A stretch of 63,640 nucleotides of DNA, filler included, from Octopus bimaculoides (lineage: Eukaryota): NCBI RefSeq assembly GCF_001194135.2. It is 5 parts of 4 records of this genome, joined end to end, with 100 filler letters (N's around TTAATTAATTAA, not from the genome) between each part and the next. Parts side by side here need not be neighbours in the genome. Positions count along the whole stretch, not along the records: positions 16,080 to 42,006 come from NC_068998.1; 4 more parts are not named here. One strand, given 5' to 3'. This document shows positions 23,419-35,906 of this stretch, piece by piece (positions within the stretch are counted from its first letter, which is position 1; each line of letters starts with the position of its first letter). The position numbers and the translations under genes were made by a program. The notes under the pieces are model-generated. The model ran no database searches, had not been told where the DNA came from, and worked only from the letters and a program-made list of their open reading frames with translations.

Positions 23419-25689
23419 GTATATTTATATGTCTACACACACACACAAACACAGACACACCGACACTGACACACATACACACACACACACACGCGCGTAC
23501 ACACACACGCGCGTACACACACACACACACACACACATACGATGGGTTTCCACTCTGTTTAGTAGAGTCACTTGCTCAAGGTACAGCGCAGAGAAACCGA
23601 ACCTGAAGCTACGTCGTTATATATCGTCCTTCTTCACCACGCCGGTCATGTTGACTAAGAGACTAAGGAATATATTATATGTACCAACATAATTTTAATT
23701 ATTCAAGCAGGTACAAGCGTGGCTGTGTGGTATGCAGCTTGCTTCCCAACCACATGGTTCCGCAGTCTAATGACTGAAAAAAAAAAGGCAAAAATATAAA
23801 CCGTAATAACGTAAATAAAGGATGAAAATAGGCCAATGATGCAAAATTCATTCATTGAAAACGAAGCTGATTATTCTGCAGCCATCAGGGACCAGAATAG
23901 AGAAAGACACTTGTATTATTGCAGTTCTGAATAAACCAATGAAGCTATTCAATGGCGGGTGTGTTGAAACTCAGAGAAATGTTTTAACTTACGTATTAAT
24001 TAATCATACAACTTTGGCTAAAAAAAGCCAATCTGTGAAAACTACATCGCTGAGACTGAGCAAATATAAAGAGCGCCGTAAATGTTAAATTACATGTGTG
24101 TTGACACATTATAGTGTGTCTATGTAAATAAATTAGAAGCAAGATAGAGACAACTGAAGGGATATGAGGCAAAGGTAAATATCAACCGTTCCTTTGAACA
24201 AACAGACTAAAGAAAGGATATTTTTACACGAATATTTGCACCTGTTTCTATGATTAGACTCTCCGACTTACCAGCTCATCTCACTGTTTGTCTTCCCCAA
24301 TGAAGATATATTTTTATAATAGTCTAAGCTATTTTGAAGCACGGTGTTATGTTTAAATTCATGTTGTTACATGTCTGTTGTACAAGTGCGTGTCAGTCTG
24401 ATGCTGTTAATCCATATGTTAAGTACTCTGAGTTAGATCTTCTGAGACACCATTTACATAGTAATCACCATATGGCGACGAACTTTAGATAGAAAACCGT
24501 TGTTAATGAATCGGTGTTTGTATTCCTGTTATTCAGTTCGTTTGAAATGATGACTCATCGTGTTGCAAGTACTTTGAACCTGTGTATGGTTAGAAGTATG
24601 TTCGGCATAACTATGGCAATTTGACATTTTCAATGTTGTTGGAATCCGAAAACTAGATTGTAAGGTTATTTCAACATCTTATTGAAAGAACCCCCGCCTC
24701 CAACCCTACACAGTTTTCTTCTTCCGTAGATTGCTGGGCCTCTACATCCCCGTCTCTGTTTACATCTTTCTTGCAAGGGGAATTTTGATGACATCCGTCC
24801 GACCAGTCACAGAAGTCATGGGCAATATCTCTTCCTCTTGACCAAAACCCAGCAAGTAAATATAAAATATCGACAAAATCTTACATTACTCCGATCCTTT
24901 AGCCTTGGATCTAGTCAAGGAAAATTTCCTATAAATAAAAATAAAATGTGTTTATATAATTATTTACAATGATATGATGTAACTCTGATATGTTTTGAAA
25001 TTTAAATCGAAATGAAAAAGGCAAAACAATTACAACGCATTCTAGATATTTAATACAGATTAAATATATCAAAATTAGAAAGATTTATAAGCGAAATGGC
25101 TACTCAGATGGTGACGTTCTTCGGAAGAAAGTTAAAAGTAAAAGACACACCCATGATTGTTAATGGATAGATAAATCGAAAGATATGTCTATTATTTATT
25201 GCAGAATATTAAGTTTCAGCAAATTTTCATTATGTTATCCTCATCTTCGATTAAATCATTGTCGTAGAAGAGATTTTTATTTCGTAGATAATTGAAAAAG
25301 AAAATTAAACTGTAATTCTATTTAATTTCCTACAAGTGATTGATTACCTAGAAAAGCACATAAAAAACTATTATTTTGATTGCGTATAACGTTTAGAAAC
25401 AAGAAATTTATTACTTGTGTTCTTACGAAAATGTTAAGCTAAATAATTCTCTTTGGCGTGATTATTGCGCAGAGAGCAGTTAAATAGTTTTATCTGTTTC
25501 AGACGTCATGACAAAATATATTCTATGGAATGTTTACTTTGTATTGTGAAATGGCAACCTCATTGATAACATTTTATTATTGATAAACACATAAATTATA
25601 GATTCTCTTTTTTGGCTAGGCACACAAGTTGTTTAAAATAAAGAGAAAGTTGCATGAGAAGCGGTCGTTCATAAGATTTTTCACAGAAA

Positions 25690-26090
25690 TATAATCCCAG
25701 TGTATTCCAGAGTTCGGTTTTGTCCCCACTCTCTTCCTTCCATACATTAATGACCTACTTGCTGTTACGTCCAACATCAGCCACTTTGAGGGCGATGACA
25801 CACCCTGCATTCTTCTCAAGCTTTTCTGAATTATGCAACATCCATATTTCACGTAGACACAATGAGCTGCATCAATCGGGTTCAGTAAACAGAAGCCATC
25901 AGCCATCCACAATCTTTGTTAAAGCAACAACAAAATTTATATAGATACCACATTAAGAGAACATCACCGTAACCTCTCCCTCTTAAACCTGCTCGTCACG
26001 CAACCTGAGACCTCATGAAAATGCCAAATGCTGGACTGAAATAGTGACAGCACATCATTAACCTAGCTAGCACTGCATCTCAAAGACTAG
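25690..26090 (+). mobile_element. Decayed non-LTR retrotransposon reverse transcriptase fragment (CR1/Jockey group)
   Basis: ..SVFQSSVLSP, then after a frameshift PTLFLPYINDLLAVTSNISHFEGDDTPC. This corresponds to GVPQGSVLxPxLFxxYINDL...(F/Y)ADD. Confidence 0.75.
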
Positions 26091-26127
26091 TCCTTCAGCC
26101 CTTCTCTCCTCTTATATGTATATATAA

Positions 26128-26256
<129 letters not shown>

Positions 26257-26901
26257 TGTGTGTGTGTATAAATATATACATAAATATATATGTATGCATA
26301 TATATATTTATATTTTTATATACGTATTTACATATAGGTGTGTATACACAGACACATGCGAGCTTACTCTTACAGACACAAACACATTGAATCACGTATA
26401 CACAAGCGTGCATACCCATGCGTCTGCTGCATGAGAAAGGTCAATTTTAGATTCGTTATCCAGGGACAGCAACACTGAAAAATACAAATATATTCCCAAA
26501 ATTGCCATGAAAACATTTACACACTTATAAGAAAGGCCTGGAGAGAAAATGCGAATCTGGGTCTCGAAAATACTTCTCATTTATACATAATTTATAAACG
26601 CTACGCAGCAGTTGCTTATCAGCAAATTTACGCCACTAGTTGGAGTAGTATGCATATAGACTTTAATATATACTGCCTGACTTTTAAATTAGGCGTTGTT
26701 GTAGGGAAACTAGCTAGGTGGATTTTCATCCCTAAAGTTTTCATTTAATCGAGAAAATAGTTTTCTTTTTCCTTCATTTTTTAAATTTTTATACACTGTT
26801 TTGCGTTTCTACTATATAACGACAAGGGTATGCAAGTTAAATATTTTAATATTCATGTTAAGACTCTCTTTGTTCACCCTCTCTCTCCCCCTCTCTCTTT
26901 C

Positions 26902-26936
<35 letters not shown>

Positions 26937-27647
26937 CTATATATGTGTGTGTGCAAGTATGTATCTATGTATATATGCACATATAGATATATAAATGTAA
27001 ATATATATACATATTTATTATATATATATATANNNNNNNNNNNNNNNNNNNNNNNNNNNNNNNNNNNNNNNNNNNNNNNNNNNNNNNNNNNNNNNNNNNN
27101 NNNNNNNNNNNNNNNNNNNNNNNNNNNNNNNNNNNNNNNNNNNNNNNNNNNNNNNNNNNNNNNNNNNNNNNNNNNNNNNNNNNNNNNNNNNNNNNNNNNN
27201 NNNNNNNNNNNNNNNNNNNNNNNNNNNNNNNNNNNNNNNNNNNNNNNNNNNNNNNNNNNNNNNNNNNNNNNNNNNNNNNNNNNNNNNNNNNNNNNNNNNN
27301 NNNNNNNNNNNNNNNNNNNNNNNNNNNNNNNNNNNNNNNNNNNNNNNNNNNNNNNNNNNNNNNNNNNNNNNNNNNNNNNNNNNNNNNNNNNNNNNNNNNN
27401 NNNNNNNNNNNNNCTGGTGGTCTATTCACCTACGATTCGTTTCTTGTGCATAATGTTGATAAGCCACGCAATTGGCGAATTGGATTTGAATGGGATTTGG
27501 GCTGAGTTGTCTCACCTCTCCACGGTTTTCAGGTGTGTTGAAAAGTCGGCGCGTGGCAGCCTATGGACAAATATACGGGACATGTACCTTAAGTATGTGT
27601 GGTCGGTAAAGTTTATTGCACTAGTGGTGCTTCTATTTCATAATTGA

Positions 27648-27691
<44 letters not shown>

Positions 27692-29565
27692 GAGTGAGTC
27701 TGTGTTTGTCCCCCCACCAACACTTGACAACCGATGTCGGTGTGTTTACGTTCCGTAACTTAGCGGTTCGGCAGAATGAGTACTAGGCTTACAAAGAAAA
27801 GGTTTTGGGATCGATTTGTGCGACTAAAGGCGGTGCTCCAGCATCGCCGCTCTCAAATGACTGACACAAGTAAAGGAATAAAACAATAGAATACATATGT
27901 ATATATCTATACATATATATATATACATATGAGAGATGGAGAGAAACGGGCAGAGAGAGGAAGACAGAGAGAGAAACAAACCAATTAGTACCTTGCTGTA
28001 AAATCAACTTCTTCGTAAGGCTTTGTCGCCCATTACACAATGATTTACCGGTGTCTTCCTACATTAATTAAGCTAGGTCCCTATTAACAGCCAAGTGGAC
28101 TAAACATGACAGCTACTGTATACATTAGGTCACGTCACACAAACGGTTTTCTTTTTCCACATTGCGGTTTCTTAAACCAAATTTCATGAAGTTCTGTGTA
28201 GGGGGATTTCCAACCGGCACCACTTGGTTGTGAAACAAACTTCTTTTATACGTCAAGGAATAATATTGGTTTCGAAGTTTGGAACAATGCCATCAATTTC
28301 AGGTAGGGATAAGTTGATTACATCTACCCCAGTGCTGGACCGGTACTTATTCTATCGACTCCGAGAAGATGAAAGGCAAAGTCAACCTCGTCAGAATTTG
28401 AACTCAGAACGTAAAGGCACACTTAATTTTTGCTGGGCATGCTAACGATTCTGCCAGCTCGTCCTACCCGCACGGTATAAAATATATTTGTTTCATANNN
28501 NNNNNNNNNNNNNNNNNNNNNNNNNNNNNNNNNNNNNNNNNNNNNNNNNNNNNNNNNNNNNNNNNNNNNNNNNNNNNNNNNNNNNNNNNNNNNNNNNNNN
28601 NNNNNNNNNNNNNNNNNNNNNNNNNNNNNNNNNNNNNNNNNNNNNNNNNNNNNNNNNNNNNNNNNNNNNNNNNNNNNNNNNNNNNNNNNNNNNNNNNNNN
28701 NNNNNNNNNNNNNNNNNNNNNNNNNNNNNNNNNNNNNNNNNNNNNNNNNNNNNNNNNNNNNNNNNNNNNNNNNNNNNNNNNNNNNNNNNNNNNNNNNNNN
28801 NNNNNNNNNNNNNNNNNNNNNNNNNNNNNNNNNNNNNNNNNNNNNNNNNNNNNNNNNNNNNNNNNNNNNNNNNNNNNNNNNNNNNNNNNNNNNNNNNNNN
28901 NNNNNNNNNNNNNNNNNNNNNNNNNNNNNNNNNNNNNNNNNNNNNNNNNNNNNNNNNNNNNNNNNNNNNNNNNNNNNNNNNNNNNNNNNNNNNNNNNNNN
29001 NNNNNNNNNNNNNNNNNNNNNNNNNNNNNNNNNNNNNNNNNNNNNNNNNNNNNNNNNNNNNNNNNNNNNNNNNNNNNNNNNNNNNNNNNNNNNNNNNNNN
29101 NNNNNNNNNNNNNNNNNNNNNNNNNNNNNNNNNNNNNNNNNNNNNNNNNNNNNNNNNNNNNNNNNNNNNNNNNNNNNNNNNNNNNNNNNNNNNNNNNNTA
29201 TGTATGTATGTATCTATGTATGTATGCATGCATAAATACATACACACACGTATGGAAGAATATATTTTATTGGCAAACGTTTTGCAATCCGCGTAAAATT
29301 CACTGCTGATTAAAACTTCGTTAGAGTATTATGATAACGTATGTATGTGTGTGCTTGTGTGCCTATGTGTGTGCTTGTGTGCATGTGTGTGTGTGTGTGT
29401 ATGTGTGTGTGTGTGCGTGTGTGTGTGTGTGCGCGCGCGCGTGCTTGCCAGCAATGGCAGTGACGGGTGCTGCATATCTATTATCTGAACTAACAAGCCT
29501 CTGAACTTCCTGTTAAATAGGATATAAAATAATAGGAGATTATGGAAATATCTCATTTAACGCTT

Positions 29566-29610
29566 CGACCTTTCAGTGATCTTTCCCTGACCTATGCATG
29601 ACCTTGCCCC
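29566..29610 (-). promoter_or_regulatory. Array of nuclear-receptor half-sites in DR5 register
   Basis: CGACCT (29566), TGATCT (29577), TGACCT (29588) and TGACCT (29599), each separated by exactly 5 nt, then TGCCCC (29605). Function untested. Confidence 0.3.
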
Positions 29611-30932
29611 TGTTTAATCTCTTTTCGGACTTAAATAGTTGGCATGAAGTCCAGCTTGAACTCCATTAAATATACTGTTAACCACCTGCCGTTCACATTT
29701 ACGCCTACACACATATGAAGTTTGAAGACGGCTGCATGCAGAAACATAAATATTCAAACATGTACTTAGGCTGACAGAAAACTGTAAATCACGTGAAAGG
29801 CACTGTTCTTTCTGCTGAATAGTGACTATTTAGCTCGTGATGTGCAAGATCAAATAGACTAATGATCCACTCGTGACCACCATGTCATAATTCACTTGTA
29901 GCCACCATGTCTTTTTATCCAGTTTGTGTAGAAACTACAGAAGCTATAGTTAAATAAAGCTATAATTAAATGAATTGTAACTATTTAATGGAAACAGTAA
30001 AAGTTTTATTCAACTGAAAGAAAGTACATAAGTATTAATGACCAGTGTTTTCAATAAAGGCAAGGGAAAGAACTCTGCTATTTTAACTGATCAAAACGGT
30101 TAAATGGAAACATGCAGGGAGGGGATTACCTATTCGTGTATTTGTTTCAAATGAGTGCAGTGCTTGAATTGAAGGACATTGGTTTGTTATTCGTTTTAGT
30201 ATATTGGACAACTACATAGAGGTTTACCTGTTGTGTGGGTGTTTTACCATTTGTTTCCCCACCACGCGTCTCTCTTTCACTTTCTTCCACTCTGTCTTTC
30301 CCTCACTATTTCTTACCCCCCCCCACACACACACACACTTTCATTATATTCTCCATACTCGAGGATTGACAATGCGGGATACTCCAACATGCCATGATGA
30401 ATTGTATGGGTCCATTGTGTCAGATGGTGCACGATGCTCCATCCACGGGCTTTGCAATAGCCTAGAACGCACGCCGAGTAATGCAAAATAAGAGAGGGGC
30501 CATGCACTAATATTCGGTAGCGTATTCTGGATAGTATATTATATATTATAAGACATCGTATATTATATATTATATATTACACGTAGCATATTATATATAT
30601 AAAACGTCGTACAGCCTGAGTCTGGATCCTTATGGTCTATTTGCCCAGCAAAGCATATAAACGAATTTGAAATTTCATCACAAACGCTGCCACAGTGTTT
30701 TATATAATTGGTACGTGTCGCCAACGATGAAGCTGTTATCCAAAGTAGTAAAATCGGTACCTCTTAATTATAGAATTTTCCATAACTATCTACAAGCCTG
30801 CCTCTCTCTCTTTTTCTCTTTCTGTCTCTCTTTCATACACACACTTTCTATTTATCTACCTTTCTCTCTCTCCCTCCTCTCTCTCTCTCTATCCTCTCTC
30901 TCTCTCTATCCTCTGTACCATGAATGAAGGAG

Positions 30933-30977
30933 AGTCTCTTGATGAGCCGGTAATATACATTCGAAACGAGTCGAGGT
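30933..30977 (+). ncRNA. Degenerate minimal type I hammerhead ribozyme-like motif
   Basis: gtctc-TTGATGA-g...c-GAAA-CGAG-TC-gaggt. Core has C3>U, stem III is short, stem I ctc/gag is extended by wobble pairs, and stem II is largely lost. Confidence 0.4.
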
Positions 30978-31252
30978 GACTTTGATATGTTCGGCAAATA
31001 GACAAATAGACACGGCGTTGTTTAACCACAGGTTTTATTCGCAGAGCGATGGCAAATACCTGATGTTTATTAAATGTACACATGCAAAATTACAATGTCT
31101 ACAAGTGTGTGTGTGCTTCTGTTTGCGTGTATGTATGCTTGCGTGGTTCTATCTGTGTATATGTGTGTGTTTCTATCTATCTTTCTCTTTCTTCACCCTC
31201 TTTCTTTCTATATATGTATGCATATATTCATATACGTTCATACATATATGCA

Positions 31253-31338
<86 letters not shown>

Positions 31339-31357
31339 TACGAATATATATATACAT

Positions 31358-31405
<48 letters not shown>

Positions 31406-31423
31406 ATATACATACACACACAC

Positions 31424-31478
<55 letters not shown>

Positions 31479-31683
31479 CGTATGTATATTTTTATTAATA
31501 TTTAGCAGAAGCAACAGAGATCCAAGAGTTTTGTGCGTTGGTACTTATCAACATGCGAATATCTCCGACATTGTGTCCCACTTCTGCAAAATATTAACAA
31601 AAAAATATATATATTTTGAGTTCTATTTTTCATGTTTGCATCACCATACCTGTATACATATATGTATAAATAGGGTATGTGTT

Positions 31684-31737
<54 letters not shown>

Positions 31738-33379
31738 TGTGTGTGTGTGCATGTAGAAACATAGGGTGGATTAGTAACCACGGCAGCTCCAGTGACCATT
31801 AAGCTTTAAAAAGAATTTTATAGGGGTTCGAACCTGTGTTTTGCCGTTTCTGCAGAAATCAATACTACAAGATGAATTCATAAATAATAAGAAATGAGAG
31901 CAACCAGGAAAATACTTGTGGAATCTGACATATTAGAAAGGAAAACTAAGATTTATGGGTACTGTTCAAAGGGATTTTCGATATTGGAGAAAAAAGAGCG
32001 AAAGAAATACAGAAAATGAAAAAGAAAGAACAAAATATATATTGATAGAAATAAAGAATGCTTTAAACAAGTTTTGTTATATTTCTTTTCCAAACCAATT
32101 GTTTCGATGGAAACTGTTTTTGATTCATGTTGCTTTTGGTATCTGCATTATAAAGAGAATTGATTCTTCCTTGGGTCAAAGTCTTTGATGGTACCGCTCT
32201 CCACGTTGAAACTAATGCAGTGTTCAAGAGAAGACATGTATGTTTATTGACAGTGCTTTTGTAATATAACTTACAGAGATGAGGTATATATATTATTAGG
32301 TTAAAATCAGTGTTGAAATAGCGTATAATGAAATTCATGCTACGATGTCACGACATACTCTAAACTAGTTATTGTTATATAAAGATGTATTGTAAACAAA
32401 AGCAATGCAATGGCAATAACAGCTAAGACTACAATAACAGCAATAGCTGCTGCTATAATATGGAAAAAAACCCAGCTTTCCAAACAACAAGAAAACAAGA
32501 AAAATAAGCAATAAAGGAAAGAGAGAGGGGGAGAGAGAGATTTATACAGGTTTGAACATCAAAATATGACTGCAACAAACATTATCGGCAATAAACAAGA
32601 TTAACCGAAATAAAAATAATGAAGTGCAGAAGCCACAACAATGACAAAATAACAACAGCAACAATACAGACTGACATAAACGAAAGTAATTCGAGGCTAT
32701 GAAAATTGAAATGGTTGTTATACAGTTGTACAAATAGAGTTAAAGTTATATTTGATAATAAATACAGAGAGTATTGGACAACGAAGCATTAATATGAATA
32801 TTTATCAATGTAGCAATGCAGGCATCGGATTGACAGATTTAGTAGTTGTAGTGATGGTGGGGGGGCGAGGTTGAGCGAAACCTAGTACTGAAATTTGCAG
32901 TGTAGAATTTCATGCTAAGAGTTCAAATCATAACTGGGTCGGCTTTGGCTTCCATGCTTTCGAAATTGAAAAATAATAGACTGCGAATGAGCTTGTTCAC
33001 GTAATACGAATTGAATAGTGAAAAGCGATTGCGGATTTGTCAGACAGTTTTAATTGTGGCCTTTAATTTATATGATTCTACGTTCCGAGATCAAATCTTC
33101 TTGAAGGCGACTCTGGTTCTTATTTTCCTGAAACCGATAAGATAAAATACCTGCCAAGTATTGTGGCCAATTTAACCGACGCTACGCAAACTGAGAATGA
33201 ACATATAAACACACACATATACATATACATAAGAAGAATTTCTTTCAGTTTCAATCTTCCAAATGCACTCACAAGGCTTTAGTCTTCCGATGCTATAGTA
33301 GACGTCATTCGGACTGAACCTGGAGCCATGTGGTTGCGAAGCAAACATCTTACCACGCAGCAACGCGTGAACATATTAT

Positions 33380-33830
33380 GTACAGGACCGCCAATTACCA
33401 ATCCTCAACGTTTACCAATCTCCAACGCTAACAATTCCCAACGCTTACCAACGTGCTACACTTGATACGCACATGTCCATTCAGATATATATGTGGTGGG
33501 GAATGTGCGTGCGCGCCCACGTACAGATGCGCACGCTCGCATCAATACAGACATGCACGGAAAACCATATGAGCGCGTCCACACACCCACATATACAACT
33601 ATATACTTGCGCATACCACGTCTTCCTACCTCCCCTCCAACAATATGACCGATTTCCTGTCCACCACGCGGTCGATTTCCTGTTCACCATGTAGTGTTTT
33701 CCATCTAAATGTCGTCACTGATATACGGTTATACCAACATCGAACCACGATACCACGTGGGTCGCAGCCCACTTTACGATAATAACAATCAACTTCTTTC
33801 ATTCAAATTCAAAATGGCTGAAGATTAACA
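33380..33830 (+). promoter_or_regulatory. CpG-rich promoter-like segment
   Basis: Three CCAAT (33391, 33398, 33415), a duplicated ETS-like CGATTTCCTGT (33650, 33673), CACGTG (33754), Inr-like TCATTC (33799) and YY1-like CAAAATGGC (33810). No transcript evidence. Confidence 0.3.
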
Positions 33831-33871
33831 TCACGCTGGAATGAAGCTACTTTGATCCATATGTGTGTGCG

Positions 33872-33985
<114 letters not shown>

Positions 33986-34900
33986 TGTGTTCTGTTGAAT
34001 GCTAATAAACTGTTTCGATATAACTTGGACTGTATCAAGCATTGAAATTACACCACGAAATTGTCGATAATTATAAAATGATGCGAAATGGAAGGATGAT
34101 TAAATGATGGATGGAGGGGAATAGAAGATGAATACAAGTCAATTATGGTCCATACATGGAGAGTGAAAAACTTAAATAGGGTGAATAAATTAAATGTAAT
34201 ATTTAAGAGGTGACGCTTTACAAAATGGTCGTGGATTTGGATTATCATGTAAAAGAAAACTTCTTGACTAATTTCAGTTAAGATGGTAGAGGGAATATTC
34301 TTTTGTTCAGTGATGCGTTTCAGCCCAAAGGCCATGCGGGAGAACCGCCAGTACGTTCTTACTTAAAGGAGAACAAATATGTTACTCAATCGTTGATAGT
34401 TATATGTTAGTGGAAAGATATTCAAATTTAAATGAGGTCTTATTGAAAATATTTAGCTATCAGACTGCATAGAAAAGACATTGAGTAAGAAAATAAGACG
34501 TGTAAAAAGGAATTATTCAGTAGATTAGGCACGAGTGTGGTAAAAAGTTTGCTTCTCAACCATATGGTTTCGGGTTCAGCCTTACTACGTGGCACATTTG
34601 GCGAGTGTTTTCTACCATAGCTCCGGGTGGATTTGGCAGACAGAAACTGAAGGAATCCCGTCGTATATATACACACACTCACATATGTGCGTATGCCTTT
34701 GTGTTTATGTTTGTCGTCTTCCACCGCTTGACAAATGGTGTTGATGTGTTTGCGTCCTCGTAAGCTAGTGGTTCGACAAAACTAAACCGATAGAATAAGT
34801 ACCAGGCTTAAAATAAAAAAAACAAGTAGCGAGGGCGGTTCATTCGACTAAAAATTCTTCAAGGTGGTGCCCCAATATGACCGCCGTCTAATGACTGAAA

Positions 34901-35280
34901 TTGTTGTTGTTGTTGGCACTCCGTCGCTTACGACGTCGAGGGTTCCAGTTGATCCAATCAACGGAACAGCTGCTCGTGAAATTAACGTGCAAGTGACTGA
35001 GCAATCCACACACACGTGTACCCTTAACGTAGTTCTCGGGGATATTCAGCATGACACAGTGACAAGTCTGACCCTTTGAATTACAGGTACAACAGGAAGT
35101 AAGAGTGAGAGAAAGTTGTGGTGGAAGAATACAGCAGGGTTCGCCACCATCTCCTGTCGGAGCCTCGTGGAGCTTTAGGTGTTTTCGCTCAATAAACACT
35201 CACAACGCCTGCTCTGGGAATCGAAACCGCAATCTATGACCGCGAGTCCGCTGCCCTAACCACTAGGCCATTGCGCCTCA
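34901..35280 (-). mobile_element. Full-length SINE family C nested in the tail of a family B SINE (34520-34900), with 10-bp TSD
   Basis: Reverse complement of 11948-12334. TGACTGAAAT occurs at 34892-34901 and 35283-35292. Confidence 0.9.
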
Positions 35281-35838
35281 ATTGACTGAAATAAGTAAGA
35301 AATGAAAGATAAAAGTTGTAAATACGTATTGCACTATTCCATTCTTAACATTACGGTTTCAATTCTTTTGTCCACGACAAAGAAAACTAATTGTTATTTC
35401 AAAATTTCTCTACCTACTTACCGAATTGCCAAATTGTCTATGTAAATTTTCATTCTCCATTATTGAAACATAACTGCCTTCAGTCAAGCTATAGCAAACT
35501 CCCGTCCACGTTTCACCTCTTCTTCCTTCTCGCTTACATTTGTGTTTATTCATAATATTTTGCCTTTATCTCAAAACAATTGAACCGAAAGAATTGTCAG
35601 TCTGTAGTATTCAACTTCATAAATATTTTCACTCACCGCAAAACGCTTTGGCTGCTACTCTGTGATGGAGAACTAATTAGCTCTTTCAAACAATATTTTC
35701 GACCCTCTTTCTTTCTCCCCTCTCTTCCCCCACACTCTATATGTATGTGTGTGTTCTGTGCGTGCGTGAACATACACACACACACACATACATACATAAT
35801 TAATTACATATACGCATATATGTATGTATATATGCATG

Positions 35839-35906
<68 letters not shown>

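Noticed and set aside
32160-32240. QRGERYHQRL resembling a GERFHQD transposase motif
   Set aside because: Only about 7 residues match, with stops on both sides.
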